From positions 1 through 61,742 of IMG/VR virus record IMGVR_UViG_3300042503_000814: a stretch of 61,742 nucleotides of DNA; one strand, written 5' to 3'. The stretch's first letter is position 1; the number at the start of each line of letters is the position of its first letter. Made by a program: the position numbers and the translations under genes. Positions 1 to 8,026 of the stretch are shown piece after piece. This DNA is from a virus. Taxonomy: Duplodnaviria; Caudoviricetes. A model generated the notes under the pieces. That model worked only from the letters and a program-made list of their open reading frames with translations. It searched no databases and was not told where the DNA came from.

Positions 1-124
1 GCCACAGCTTAAACGGCGGCGAGGGTGCATAGCGACTCCCAAAAATCTGAGAGTCGCTATCTGCCCAAACGGCGGTTTCGGGTTGCAGAGAGCGGGCGTG
101 CGTGTTGTTTTCGGGGTTCACGGC
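1..124. repeat. Terminal direct repeat / circular assembly overlap, copy 1
   Basis: Identical to 61619-61742. Confidence 0.97.
29..60. repeat. Perfect 10-bp inverted repeat (ATAGCGACTC/GAGTCGCTAT) in non-coding region
   Basis: Arms 29-38 and 51-60; flanked by AAACGGCGG direct repeats at 11-19 and 67-75. Confidence 0.85.
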
Positions 125-304
125 CTTGCGTCCTACGCCCCGTGCGGATCAGCACCTAGTGCCTTTACTGTCCCGGGTGGAGTCGTCAGCGCGCCGGGGT
201 TATTCCGCAATCTGCCCCCTCTTGGTGCGTCCATTCCATGGACCGTTAGGCGGGGGGCCGAACTTCAGACCTGTTGCCCATCCTGGGGCTATGTGTGTGC
301 GGAG

Positions 305-451
305 TTATTTACTAGCCATCATCCAGAGTCCAACATTGGCAGCGGCGTAGGCAGCGTAAGTGATTGCCATGCCTACGTTTCCGTGAAGCCCCTGCTCAAA
401 GGACACATACAAGTAGATCACACCCGTCATTATGATTAGTGTCCCGCTCAT
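305..451 (-). CDS. Small membrane protein (2 hydrophobic segments)
   Basis: MSGTLIIMTGVIYLYV...; ATGA overlap with upstream gene stop at 448. Confidence 0.7.
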   Translation of the reverse strand: MSGTLIIMTGVIYLYVSFEQGLHGNVGMAITYAAYAAANVGLWMMASK

Positions 452-729
452 CGCTTCTCCAATGCGGCCTTCAGTCGGGCGATGATATTCGATTGAACCT
501 GGATTTTCCAAAGCAGTGCGGCGGATTTTTCTGACCACTCCTGGCCGTCAATGGCACGCCCCAGCATGGCTTGGCACTCACCCACCAATACGCCGATGGA
601 CTCACCGTCCAGCTTCCGCCCCCCTCGCAGCTGTTCGATCTCATCCGCTGCCTCCACCACCAGCCCCCTGGCCGCATCCATCAGTGCGTAGTGTGAGGCT
701 TCTCGCAGCCGGTCAACGATGTCGCTCAT
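448..729 (-). CDS. Hypothetical phage protein (DIVDRLR...EAADEIEQLR type)
   Basis: ATGA-coupled; motif common in small phage proteins. Confidence 0.75.
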   Translation of the reverse strand: MSDIVDRLREASHYALMDAARGLVVEAADEIEQLRGGRKLDGESIGVLVGECQAMLGRAIDGQEWSEKSAALLWKIQVQSNIIARLKAALEKR

Positions 730-809
730 GCCAATCGCTCCCATAGGACATAGGCCAGCATGGCGGCGCAGCCCAGATAGAACAGCGTGTGCATCTGGCG
801 TTCAGTCAT
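726..809 (-). CDS. 27-aa hydrophobic peptide MTERQMHTLFYLGCAAMLAYVLWERLA
   Basis: Not in ORF track; ATGA overlaps at both ends fill the gap exactly. Confidence 0.65.
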   Translation of the reverse strand: MTERQMHTLFYLGCAAMLAYVLWERLA

Positions 810-1021
810 TTGGTTCTCTCCAGTAGATTGCGGAGGGTGGTGCTGTATTTTTCCACCTTACTCCACCGATGGTTCGTCCATTCCGCCTTGGCAAAACATT
901 CAATCGCCTCCCGCTCCTCGGCGGTGAGCGCCCAACTCATATGCGAAACACATCGTTTTCGATATGTTTTCCCATATGATTCGGCGGCGTACTCGCTCGC
1001 CTGCATGTCTCGCTTTGTCAT
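806..1021 (-). CDS. Hypothetical protein (LTAEEREAI...TLRNLLER)
   Basis: AGGAA SD, coupled to downstream peptide. Confidence 0.7.
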   Translation of the reverse strand: MTKRDMQASEYAAESYGKTYRKRCVSHMSWALTAEEREAIECFAKAEWTNHRWSKVEKYSTTLRNLLERTK

Positions 1022-1086
1022 GGCTGTTCCTGTGTGTTGGAGGCAGGGTTTTTGGTAGACCGGAACCCTGCGGAAACCGGGATGAA

Positions 1087-1377
1087 TTACCAGTAGCGGA
1101 CGCAGGCGAACCATCCGCGCGGGCCGCGGGACACGGCGACTTCCTTCACGCGGCGCTGGCCCCAGTAGCAGGAGGCGCGGCAGGCGGCGTCCCCGCTGAC
1201 GGTGGAGAAGCCGATCCCTTCGTATCCCTGGCCACCCCGGTGTCGGAGGATGCCGGTGCGGGCCATCTCGTTGGCATCGTCCTGAGCGGAGCGGGTGACG
1301 GTCACCGTCCGCGTGCGGGTGTCGGCTTGGGCTACGCTGGCCACACACAAGATGAAGCAAACTGTAAGAAAACGCAT
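1087..1377 (-). CDS. Secreted small protein, minimal CAP/SCP-like fold
   Basis: N-terminal signal peptide; MA-x-G-x-LRH, EGIG, G-W-FAC motifs. Confidence 0.65.
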   Translation of the reverse strand: MRFLTVCFILCVASVAQADTRTRTVTVTRSAQDDANEMARTGILRHRGGQGYEGIGFSTVSGDAACRASCYWGQRRVKEVAVSRGPRGWFACVRYW

Positions 1378-1429
1378 AGTCGAATCCTTTCGTTACGAAC
1401 CATCCATGACCAACACCGTGCTGGTCGTA

Positions 1430-1657
1430 CTATTCGGGAGACGCCTCCCGTTTGGCAAAGTCCCGGGCAGCGTCGGGATCGAACTGCCCAGGGAATGTGA
1501 AGTCCAACCAGCTTGGGTAATGACGCAAAAGCCGCCTCGCCTCGGCCCTGACATCCTTGGGTATCCGCTTCAGCCCGCCGCCGTATGGGGTGGCGAGCCG
1601 TAGCAGGAACCGCTGGGCAGACAGGACGCTGCGAGTGCGTTCGTTGGGTAGGGTCAT
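1430..1657 (-). CDS. BPSL0761-like family protein
   Basis: MTLPNERTRSV...FL...VRAEARRLLRHYP signature. Confidence 0.75.
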   Translation of the reverse strand: MTLPNERTRSVLSAQRFLLRLATPYGGGLKRIPKDVRAEARRLLRHYPSWLDFTFPGQFDPDAARDFAKREASPE

Positions 1658-1899
1658 TAGTTGTTGCTGAAACCAGGGAGCGCCCGCTCGCAGGCGTGTC
1701 GAATGCAGGTGTCGATGTACCCGATGAGGCGACGGCAGTTTGCCGCTTCTGTGAGGTGGCTATTCATCTCCTCTTCATAGTCGTCGTCATCTTCGTACTG
1801 AGCGGCCATGTCTTCGCAGCAGTCCGCAGACTCCTCTAGCAGAGCCACCAGCTTTTCCAGTTCTTCGCCATCAAGTTCAATGTTAATAATCATGTCCAC
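1657..1899 (-). CDS. Acidic hypothetical protein
   Basis: TAATG coupling; D/E-rich. Confidence 0.7.
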   Translation of the reverse strand: MDMIINIELDGEELEKLVALLEESADCCEDMAAQYEDDDDYEEEMNSHLTEAANCRRLIGYIDTCIRHACERALPGFSNN

Positions 1900-2186
1900 C
1901 TCGGGTAAATAATAACACCATTAGTACGACTGCCGTTCTGCACTTCCACCGCTACGATTCGGGGGAAGTCCTTCGTTAACATCTCTGCCGTGTCGATCAT
2001 CGCTTGGCTATCAATCACCTGCCGGTTGGTCTGCACGTAGGCGTTGATCTCCACGTAGTCTTCTTGGTCAATCGGCCCGCTCTTATCACGCTCCACCCAT
2101 GTACGGATGTTGGTGTGCAGCGTGCGGAACGAGAGGATGTTTTCGTACAGCCGCTGCGGCCGGGAGAACATTGGGAGAAAGCTCAT
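1890..2186 (-). CDS. Hypothetical protein
   Basis: GAGG SD, coupled to neighbours. Confidence 0.7.
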   Translation of the reverse strand: MSFLPMFSRPQRLYENILSFRTLHTNIRTWVERDKSGPIDQEDYVEINAYVQTNRQVIDSQAMIDTAEMLTKDFPRIVAVEVQNGSRTNGVIIYPRWT

Positions 2187-2308
2187 GCCTCACCCCACAT
2201 TCCGATCAGCTTTGCCTGGAGCCTTGCGACCTCGGCCTCTAGCAGACGGATCCGACTTATCAATTGTTTCACTGTCTCCTCCTCCTTGGATAAAGATTCC
2301 TGTGTCAC
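2183..2308 (-). CDS. Short coiled-coil peptide nested in 3' end of the upstream gene
   Basis: VTQESLSKEEETVKQLISRIRLLEAEVARLQAK; GGAG upstream; stop overlaps ATG of 1890-2186. Confidence 0.45.
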   Translation of the reverse strand: MTQESLSKEEETVKQLISRIRLLEAEVARLQAKLIGMWGEA

Positions 2309-2801
2309 CGTCAACCATCTCCAGTAATTGATGTGGGTACAAAAGTGTGACAAGTTCCTCCGCGGCGCGCAAATGACTTTTTGGTGCGACGAGGGTGGGC
2401 ACCTCATGCCCGCGGCCCCGGTCAAACACAACCTTCTCAGTCCATGTCTCATCCCTATCTAGCGCCGACAGCCACACCCATTTGCCGGTTGGCTTCGACT
2501 TATAGATGTAGGCAAAGTGCCGTAGGTTCTCCCGTGCCATACCATGCAGGTCATCAACGAACACCGTGTCATAGGGGTAGTCCTCTGGACAGGTGAACGA
2601 GATGGACCGCTCCTTGATCTCCAGGCTCAGCAGCACCACTGCGTCTGGTGTCTCGCAGTGATCCTTGTTCTTGTTGTGACCCGTGATCACCAGCTTGCGA
2701 CCATGAGCCGCCGACCGGCCAGCGGAGCGCAGGTCATCGACCCACGCCCGCTCGGCTCGGTGGCCATTAGTCAACGCGGATTTGAATGAACGATGCGCCA
2801 C
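2190..2801 (-). CDS. PD-(D/E)XK-like nuclease
   Basis: G-x-x-AE...TPD...LEIK motif; GGAGG SD before GTG. Confidence 0.6.
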   Translation of the reverse strand: MAHRSFKSALTNGHRAERAWVDDLRSAGRSAAHGRKLVITGHNKNKDHCETPDAVVLLSLEIKERSISFTCPEDYPYDTVFVDDLHGMARENLRHFAYIYKSKPTGKWVWLSALDRDETWTEKVVFDRGRGHEVPTLVAPKSHLRAAEELVTLLYPHQLLEMVDGDTGIFIQGGGDSETIDKSDPSARGRGRKAPGKADRNVG

Positions 2802-3285
2802 GCGGCCTCCATGCGAAAGCTCTGATGCCGGGGGAAGGTTTCCTTTCCAGCCCCCGATTGCTGCGAACCTCCAAGGCCCGCTGCAGGATCTCGTCTGGCG
2901 TGGGATCGAACGGCTTCAGACCGTCGTCGTACCACTCCAGGTTGGCGGCAATCGGCTCGGCCTCGCGGATCAACGCGGTGTGGCGGCGCACGCTGGCCGA
3001 CCATTCCGCGCTCTCCCCGAACACCTCACCGACATCGGCGTCGTCGTAGCCGGGATCCAACTGGCAGATGACAGCGAGACGCTCACGGCTGGGCACCTTG
3101 CCGACAGCCTTCAGCATCCGCAGCACACCGCGGCAGACCTCGGGACACAGGCCCAACTGCTTGGCCACCCGTGTCACCTGCTCATGGTTGATGATCACGC
3201 GGTGCCACAGCTGGCCTGCGAAAGCCAATGGGTGCGTTGAGCCAAGACCACAGTCGCCGCCAGAAACTAACTTTACGATGTTCAT
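2767..3285 (-). CDS. Hypothetical protein, possible HTH
   Basis: AAGGAGG SD; VTRVAKQLGL. Confidence 0.6.
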   Translation of the reverse strand: MNIVKLVSGGDCGLGSTHPLAFAGQLWHRVIINHEQVTRVAKQLGLCPEVCRGVLRMLKAVGKVPSRERLAVICQLDPGYDDADVGEVFGESAEWSASVRRHTALIREAEPIAANLEWYDDGLKPFDPTPDEILQRALEVRSNRGLERKPSPGIRAFAWRPRGASFIQIRVD

Positions 3286-3397
3286 CCGAACCTCCTTGTG
3301 TAAACGCATGCTCCGGTGGGAACGCATGCGGGACATCGAACCTCCAGAGAATCTCCGATACCGTCTCGTCAACTAACAAATCTTTCTGATCGTCCAT
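3182..3397 (-). CDS. Hypothetical protein (MDDQKDLL...)
   Basis: GGAG SD; overlaps both neighbours. Confidence 0.4.
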   Translation of the reverse strand: MDDQKDLLVDETVSEILWRFDVPHAFPPEHAFTQGGSDEHRKVSFWRRLWSWLNAPIGFRRPAVAPRDHQP

Positions 3398-4427
3398 GGC
3401 GTCTCCCCAATTCCTTGCGAAACATTGACTTGATCCAGCCGTTGAGCTTGTCGTTGTGAGCAGCCCACTGAACGTAGTGATCGGGCAACTCGCTGAGTTT
3501 GAAACCGGCGTACTTCCCCTTGAGCGGGTTGTTGTAAGTACCAACGGAGCGAACACCCTTCCATGTAATATCAACGTCCTTGCCGTGGATGCGGCCCTCG
3601 CCGCGACCTTGGGTGTTGCGGCGCATCTCTTCGATCAGCTTGGCACTGGCGATCCGCTCGGCCTTCTTTGCCGCCTCTGCCAACGCCAGTGCGTCTATCT
3701 CTTCCTGCGAGAGTGGAGACTGCGCCGCTGCTTTACGGACTTGCTCTTTGACTTCCTCGTCGTCGGAGGTGCAGAACATGTCCACGGCTGTGATGACTGT
3801 GTGGTCAAGCGTTCCTGCTGTGCAATCAACAATCTTGAAATGAGGTTTATCTGAACGCGCGATTGCAGCAATTCTGTCGGCAGGTGTGAGAAGATCCTCG
3901 CCGTCAACGACACCGGGGAGAGGGCGAGTGGCTCGTCCAACGCACTGCAACCAAAAACTTCTGGATCGGGTTGGTCGGGCAAGGATGAGGGTTGCGGTCG
4001 GTGGGTAATCGAATCCCACGGCGACGACTTGGCAGTTGACAAGGACCCTGGCTTGTCGGGACTTAAAGGCTGCAAGTGCATCGGCTCGCTCCTCATCGGG
4101 CATGGTGCCCCAGACACAGACGGCTGGGATTCCGTAGTTCCTGGTCAGGTACTCAGTCGCACCCTTGGCTGCGAACACACTGCCCGTGAACAGGACGGTC
4201 TGTCCCATCATCTCCTCGGCGGTGATCATGCAGGCGCGGTGCAGATTGGCTTCCTTGTTCAGTTCCGCGGCGAGCTTCGTCTGGTTGAAGTCGCCGCCGA
4301 CAATGTTGACCTTGCTCAGATCCAGTGACTCAACCTTGCTCAGCTTGCAAACAGGGGGAACTGACCATCCGTTGGCGATGGCCCACTGGAGGTCGTAGTT
4401 ACAGACTGACTCTTCGTAGAACTGCAT
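3369..4427 (-). CDS. SF2 helicase, C-terminal (RecA2) half
   Basis: Motifs V/VI: GFDYP, QCVGRATR; own TAAGGAG SD. Confidence 0.85.
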   Translation of the reverse strand: MQFYEESVCNYDLQWAIANGWSVPPVCKLSKVESLDLSKVNIVGGDFNQTKLAAELNKEANLHRACMITAEEMMGQTVLFTGSVFAAKGATEYLTRNYGIPAVCVWGTMPDEERADALAAFKSRQARVLVNCQVVAVGFDYPPTATLILARPTRSRSFWLQCVGRATRPLPGVVDGEDLLTPADRIAAIARSDKPHFKIVDCTAGTLDHTVITAVDMFCTSDDEEVKEQVRKAAAQSPLSQEEIDALALAEAAKKAERIASAKLIEEMRRNTQGRGEGRIHGKDVDITWKGVRSVGTYNNPLKGKYAGFKLSELPDHYVQWAAHNDKLNGWIKSMFRKELGRRHGRSERFVS

Positions 4428-4930
4428 GCGTTACTCCTTAGCATTGGCTTGCCATCCATCCGAAATGGCGTAGCCGTGAACCCAGCAACCATTGCTCCCT
4501 GTTGCTGGAAGAACTCCAACATCTCAATGACCGGCTCGCTGCACTGCATGTGTGCTTCGTCCACAATGACGAGCGAGAACCCGCTGAACCGCTTGTATCT
4601 CTTCTCGCCCTGGCGGCTGGACAGCAGCGTCTGCTTCGATGCGACCACCACCTTGGCTGGCCAGTAGTCCCGCTCCGCAACGAAGTCGGCCATCTCAATG
4701 TCGGGATCGGAGTCGGTGACCTGACGCACCTTGTCAGCGGCCTGCCAGACAAGCTCACGCATGGGGGCGATGATCAGCGTGCGGCCCGGGATGCGATCCG
4801 CGAGCGCCGTGAAGATGACAGTCTTGCCAGCGCCAGTGAACAGGCCAACGAGCGTGGACTTCACACCGCGGCGCATTGCGTCCAGCAGCGATTCGATCAC
4901 TTCAGTTTGGTAGGCGCGCAGTCTGAGCAT
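4340..4930 (-). CDS. SF2 helicase, N-terminal (RecA1) half
   Basis: LRAYQ Q-motif, TGAGKT, DEAH, TATP. Confidence 0.88.
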   Translation of the reverse strand: MLRLRAYQTEVIESLLDAMRRGVKSTLVGLFTGAGKTVIFTALADRIPGRTLIIAPMRELVWQAADKVRQVTDSDPDIEMADFVAERDYWPAKVVVASKQTLLSSRQGEKRYKRFSGFSLVIVDEAHMQCSEPVIEMLEFFQQQGAMVAGFTATPFRMDGKPMLRSNACSSTKSQSVTTTSSGPSPTDGQFPLFAS

Positions 4931-4961
4931 GAAACGTCCTTGTGTATGAAGAAGCCCGGGG

Positions 4962-4988
4962 GAGGGCGGGTCGGAGGTTCCCGCCCTC
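4962..4988. other. GC-rich hairpin between ssb and helicase
   Basis: GAGGGCGGG/CCCGCCCTC perfect 9-bp stem. Confidence 0.5.
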
Positions 4989-5018
4989 AACCCCAGGCGG
5001 CGCGGAGCAGCGCGCCTT

Positions 5019-5363
5019 CTAGCGGAACTCTGAAACGAACTCTTCTTCGCGGGCACTGTCCTTCTTCCCGCCAACAAGCTGGATGCCATTGACGTTGAGG
5101 ACAACCTTGCTCCTCTTCTGGCCGTCACGCTCCCAGACCTGCTGATCAAGCTCCCCTTCGACAAGGACAGAGGTGCCCTTGTTCAGGTAGTTGACGACAG
5201 CGCCACCCTTCCAGTATTCGCAATCCATGAACAAGACCTTGCCCTCGCGGTAAGGGTTGTTCACGGCCACGCTGAACTTCACAACATCCTTCTCGCCAAC
5301 GCGACGAATGTCGGGGTCAGCAGTGATGTTGCCCATGAGAATCGTCCTGTTGTAACTAGCCAT
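5019..5363 (-). CDS. ssb: Single-stranded DNA-binding protein
   Basis: N..ILMGN.TADP, KG..VLVEGEL, acidic tail. Confidence 0.93.
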   Translation of the reverse strand: MASYNRTILMGNITADPDIRRVGEKDVVKFSVAVNNPYREGKVLFMDCEYWKGGAVVNYLNKGTSVLVEGELDQQVWERDGQKRSKVVLNVNGIQLVGGKKDSAREEEFVSEFR

Positions 5364-6015
5364 TGGTCACTACCTCCTTGGTTTCCCAGCATCGAACAAA
5401 CTCAGCCTTGCAACGGTCGTACACATCCCGTGCAATCGCCTTCTCCCGAAGACGCAACTCCACTGTCTTCATCACGTTCACCGCAGTGCCACGGTCTTCC
5501 GCGTCTGCGATGGTCTTCTTCCACTCCTGCTCCCACTGCAGGTTGCGAGCGGAAGCAGTCGGCTTCTGCGGGGCGCGTTGCGGAGCGGACTCCACCTTCA
5601 CGCTGTCGCCGTCGTCGTCAGCCTCACCAGAGAAGCCTCCCGTGAGAGCCATCAGCAGGGTCCGCTTGGCGTAGGTGCAAGCCGCGCCGAACCCCTGCAT
5701 GTCACCTTTGGGGTTCACCAGAGGTGCGATGCCCGTGAGGTATTGCCCCGTCTTGTGACGCAAGGTTCCAACCAGCACCCACTGACCGGCCACCAGCCCC
5801 GGCCGGAAGTCCGGCAGAGCAAGGCCGTGCTTGGTCAGCGGGCCACGCAGCGAGTCGCAGCAAGTGGCGTAGGACGAGAACCTGCTTTTGAAGTGCGGGT
5901 TCGCAGCATCCAACTCAACGTGCTTGTACTCAGCCTGTGCCTTTGCCAGTGCCTCAGTGAGTGCGCTGGTATCGGGCGACGATGACGGTCCCAAAATGTC
6001 ATGGCTATCAGTCAT
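5356..6015 (-). CDS. erf: ERF-family single-strand annealing protein
   Basis: NPHFKSRF, QGFGAACTYAKR, DDDG motifs. Confidence 0.9.
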   Translation of the reverse strand: MTDSHDILGPSSSPDTSALTEALAKAQAEYKHVELDAANPHFKSRFSSYATCCDSLRGPLTKHGLALPDFRPGLVAGQWVLVGTLRHKTGQYLTGIAPLVNPKGDMQGFGAACTYAKRTLLMALTGGFSGEADDDGDSVKVESAPQRAPQKPTASARNLQWEQEWKKTIADAEDRGTAVNVMKTVELRLREKAIARDVYDRCKAEFVRCWETKEVVTNG

Positions 6016-6866
6016 ACTGTGATTACCTCCTCCTCCTGACGCTTCGCCCACTGGGGAAACTGAAGCTCCGTGATCTCACCGGCATCGGCCGATTCGTACA
6101 CGCCAGTCTCCCTGCGAAGGCGAACCTCCTCCATCACGCGGGTCATACGCAGGCCCGCCTCCTCAACGATCTCTGTCGGCAGATAGAAAACGTGGACACC
6201 GTACGGGGCCATCGTCTGGACGAAGACGAACGGCATGCGGAAGTGCGGCAAGCCCACAGCCTTGGCACCCTGGCAGTACAGCCATTCCTGCTCCGCGTAC
6301 CCGAAGTCCATCGCACTGCGGTAGACCTTGTCCCAAGTGGACGAGGTCGTCTTCAGATCCCACCACAGCGTTGGAGTGCAGCCGTCCGGTCGCACCTTGC
6401 AGCGGTGGCCGTTCAGTTCAAAGAACACCGACACCTGAGTCTCAGTGGTCTGCTCCACCAGAGCCTTGGCGGCAGGGTTCTCAAGGAGATGCGTCAGCAT
6501 CACCTCCAGCTGCCATCCCTCTTCCGCGTTGCAGTCGATCAACCCCTTGGCCTCGGCCTGCGACTTCCACTCGTCGTAGGCTTTCCCCCGGCGGTGGCCG
6601 TTGCTGGCCAGCACCTCGGCGGGAGGGATGGCGAGAACGTCACTCAACTTCTTTCCCTCACAGACAGCCGTGACGATGGTGTCAAACTTGCTGCCCGTGC
6701 GGGTTCCGGCGTTCCCCCCAAAGAGGGAGTAGCCTTGATCCATCCACCGCTGCGCCTCGCCGCCGTACTTGGCGACAGAGTGCAGGTAGGACCGGCCAAG
6801 AAAATCGTTCTGCGAGTGGTAGTCGGCATTGCTCATGCCCACCACCTTCCGTGGCAAAGTAGTCAT
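6012..6866 (-). CDS. RecE/ExoVIII-like PD-(D/E)XK exonuclease (DUF3799-like)
   Basis: MSNADYH, CKVRPD, DLKT, Y-x-x-Q-x-x-x-Y; GGAGGT SD. Confidence 0.88.
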   Translation of the reverse strand: MTTLPRKVVGMSNADYHSQNDFLGRSYLHSVAKYGGEAQRWMDQGYSLFGGNAGTRTGSKFDTIVTAVCEGKKLSDVLAIPPAEVLASNGHRRGKAYDEWKSQAEAKGLIDCNAEEGWQLEVMLTHLLENPAAKALVEQTTETQVSVFFELNGHRCKVRPDGCTPTLWWDLKTTSSTWDKVYRSAMDFGYAEQEWLYCQGAKAVGLPHFRMPFVFVQTMAPYGVHVFYLPTEIVEEAGLRMTRVMEEVRLRRETGVYESADAGEITELQFPQWAKRQEEEVITV

Positions 6867-6883
6867 CCGTACACCTCCTAGTG

Positions 6884-6903
6884 AAAAGCCCCATCCGTGG
6901 GGC
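6884..6903 (-). terminator. Short hairpin plus U-tract just before the recE-like RBS (possible attenuator)
   Basis: GCCCCA-cgga-TGGGGC-TTTTC. Confidence 0.4.
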
Positions 6904-7085
6904 GAACCGAATCCCTCCGAAGAGAACGGCGGAACAAAACCGCCGCTCGGCCCAACTGTCCGAGAGCGAGAAGGGTGAGCAGAGTGCCCACGCCGTGGAG
7001 AAAAATGACGACCACTAGCAAAGCTAGGACCGCCCCCCTTAGAATTCGGGAGAGCCACCCACTTGGGGGGCCGCTTCGACCGATC

Positions 7086-7108
7086 CTATCCAATTGAGCT
7101 AGGGGTGC
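7086..7108 (-). other. 5' fragment of a tRNA-Arg-like gene; candidate attP core
   Basis: GCACCCCTAGCTCAATTGGATAG reads as acceptor strand plus D-arm; similarity stops abruptly; next to integrase. Confidence 0.75.
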
Positions 7109-7121
7109 CTTGTGCGAGCCG

Positions 7122-7149
7122 AGTATAGCAGAGGGCTTGTGGATTCCAA
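7122..7149 (-). promoter_or_regulatory. Sigma70-type promoter with extended -10
   Basis: TTGGAA-N16-TATACT with TG-n immediately before the -10; points into the tRNA fragment. Confidence 0.65.
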
Positions 7150-7204
7150 CGGAGGGGGTAGTCTCACCCCCCTCACCCAGATCCACAAAATTTCCGATAA
7201 CAAC

Positions 7205-8026
7205 ATGACTGTGCGACAGTTCGCGGAGGCTTACGCCCTCCAGTCGGGGGCTAGCCCCGGATACCGTGAGCAACTCGTTGTGATGGCAAAGCGGCTCCCT
7301 TGGGGGGTGGCCGACTTGACCGTCGCCAACATCGATGCGTACCTGACGAATGCTCTCGGTCATCTCGCCGCCTCCACGGTTCACAACCATCGCCGGATGC
7401 TGTCCACCCTGCGACGAGCCGCCCTGCGCGACGGCCTGCTGGTGGACGATTGTACACGCCCGATCCGCCGTGTCAAGCACACGCTTCCGATGGTCCGCGC
7501 TTGGACCCATGACGAGATGAGAACACTGCTTGCGGTGGCCTCTGAGATGCCGGGGGGTACGCTGTACTGCCCGCACAGAATCCTGCTGCCCGCATGGATT
7601 CTTGTGGGCTACAGCAGCGGGCTGCGGCTCGGGGATCTGCTGGCCATTACCTACGATTCCCTTCGCGGGGATCGCTTGGCTACGGTGCTGCAGAAAACTC
7701 GCCAGCCGCATGTCGTCGTCCTTGACGCTAATGCCTTGGAATCCATTCGCTCCCTACCTCGTCGCGGCCCGAAGATTTTCGGGGGACTGGTTGGAAGGAG
7801 CCGGATCATAGTGGCCATGCGCGCACTTGTCAAAAGTGCAGGTCTGACTGGCTCAGGCAAATACCTGCGTAGAAGCAGTGCAACTTACGCCCAATTAGCG
7901 GGAATGGACGCAACTGGACACCTGGGTCATTTGACCCCGGGCATGAAACGGCACTACCTAGATCCCGTGATTCTGTCGGATCTGAAGCGGGCGGTGCCCA
8001 GCCTAGAACTGGCTGGGCAACCCTAG
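7205..8026 (+). CDS. int: Tyrosine recombinase/integrase
   Basis: GLRLGDL (R), QKT (K), YLRR (H-x-x-R variant), LGH, RHY (Y). Confidence 0.9.
   Translation: MTVRQFAEAYALQSGASPGYREQLVVMAKRLPWGVADLTVANIDAYLTNALGHLAASTVHNHRRMLSTLRRAALRDGLLVDDCTRPIRRVKHTLPMVRAWTHDEMRTLLAVASEMPGGTLYCPHRILLPAWILVGYSSGLRLGDLLAITYDSLRGDRLATVLQKTRQPHVVVLDANALESIRSLPRRGPKIFGGLVGRSRIIVAMRALVKSAGLTGSGKYLRRSSATYAQLAGMDATGHLGHLTPGMKRHYLDPVILSDLKRAVPSLELAGQP

Noticed and set aside
4969-4980. GGTCGGAGGTTC resembling a tRNA-Arg T-arm start (possible split tRNA with 7086-7108)
   Set aside because: Opposite strand, only 12 nt, no GAATCC or acceptor continuation; it is part of an intergenic hairpin
7040-7108. Complete tRNA gene
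   Set aside because: No anticodon arm, T-arm or 3' acceptor strand follows the D-arm
6878-7711. 277-aa ORF antisense to int with hydrophobic C-terminus
   Set aside because: Mostly a shadow of the integrase; no convincing start or SD for the hydrophobic part
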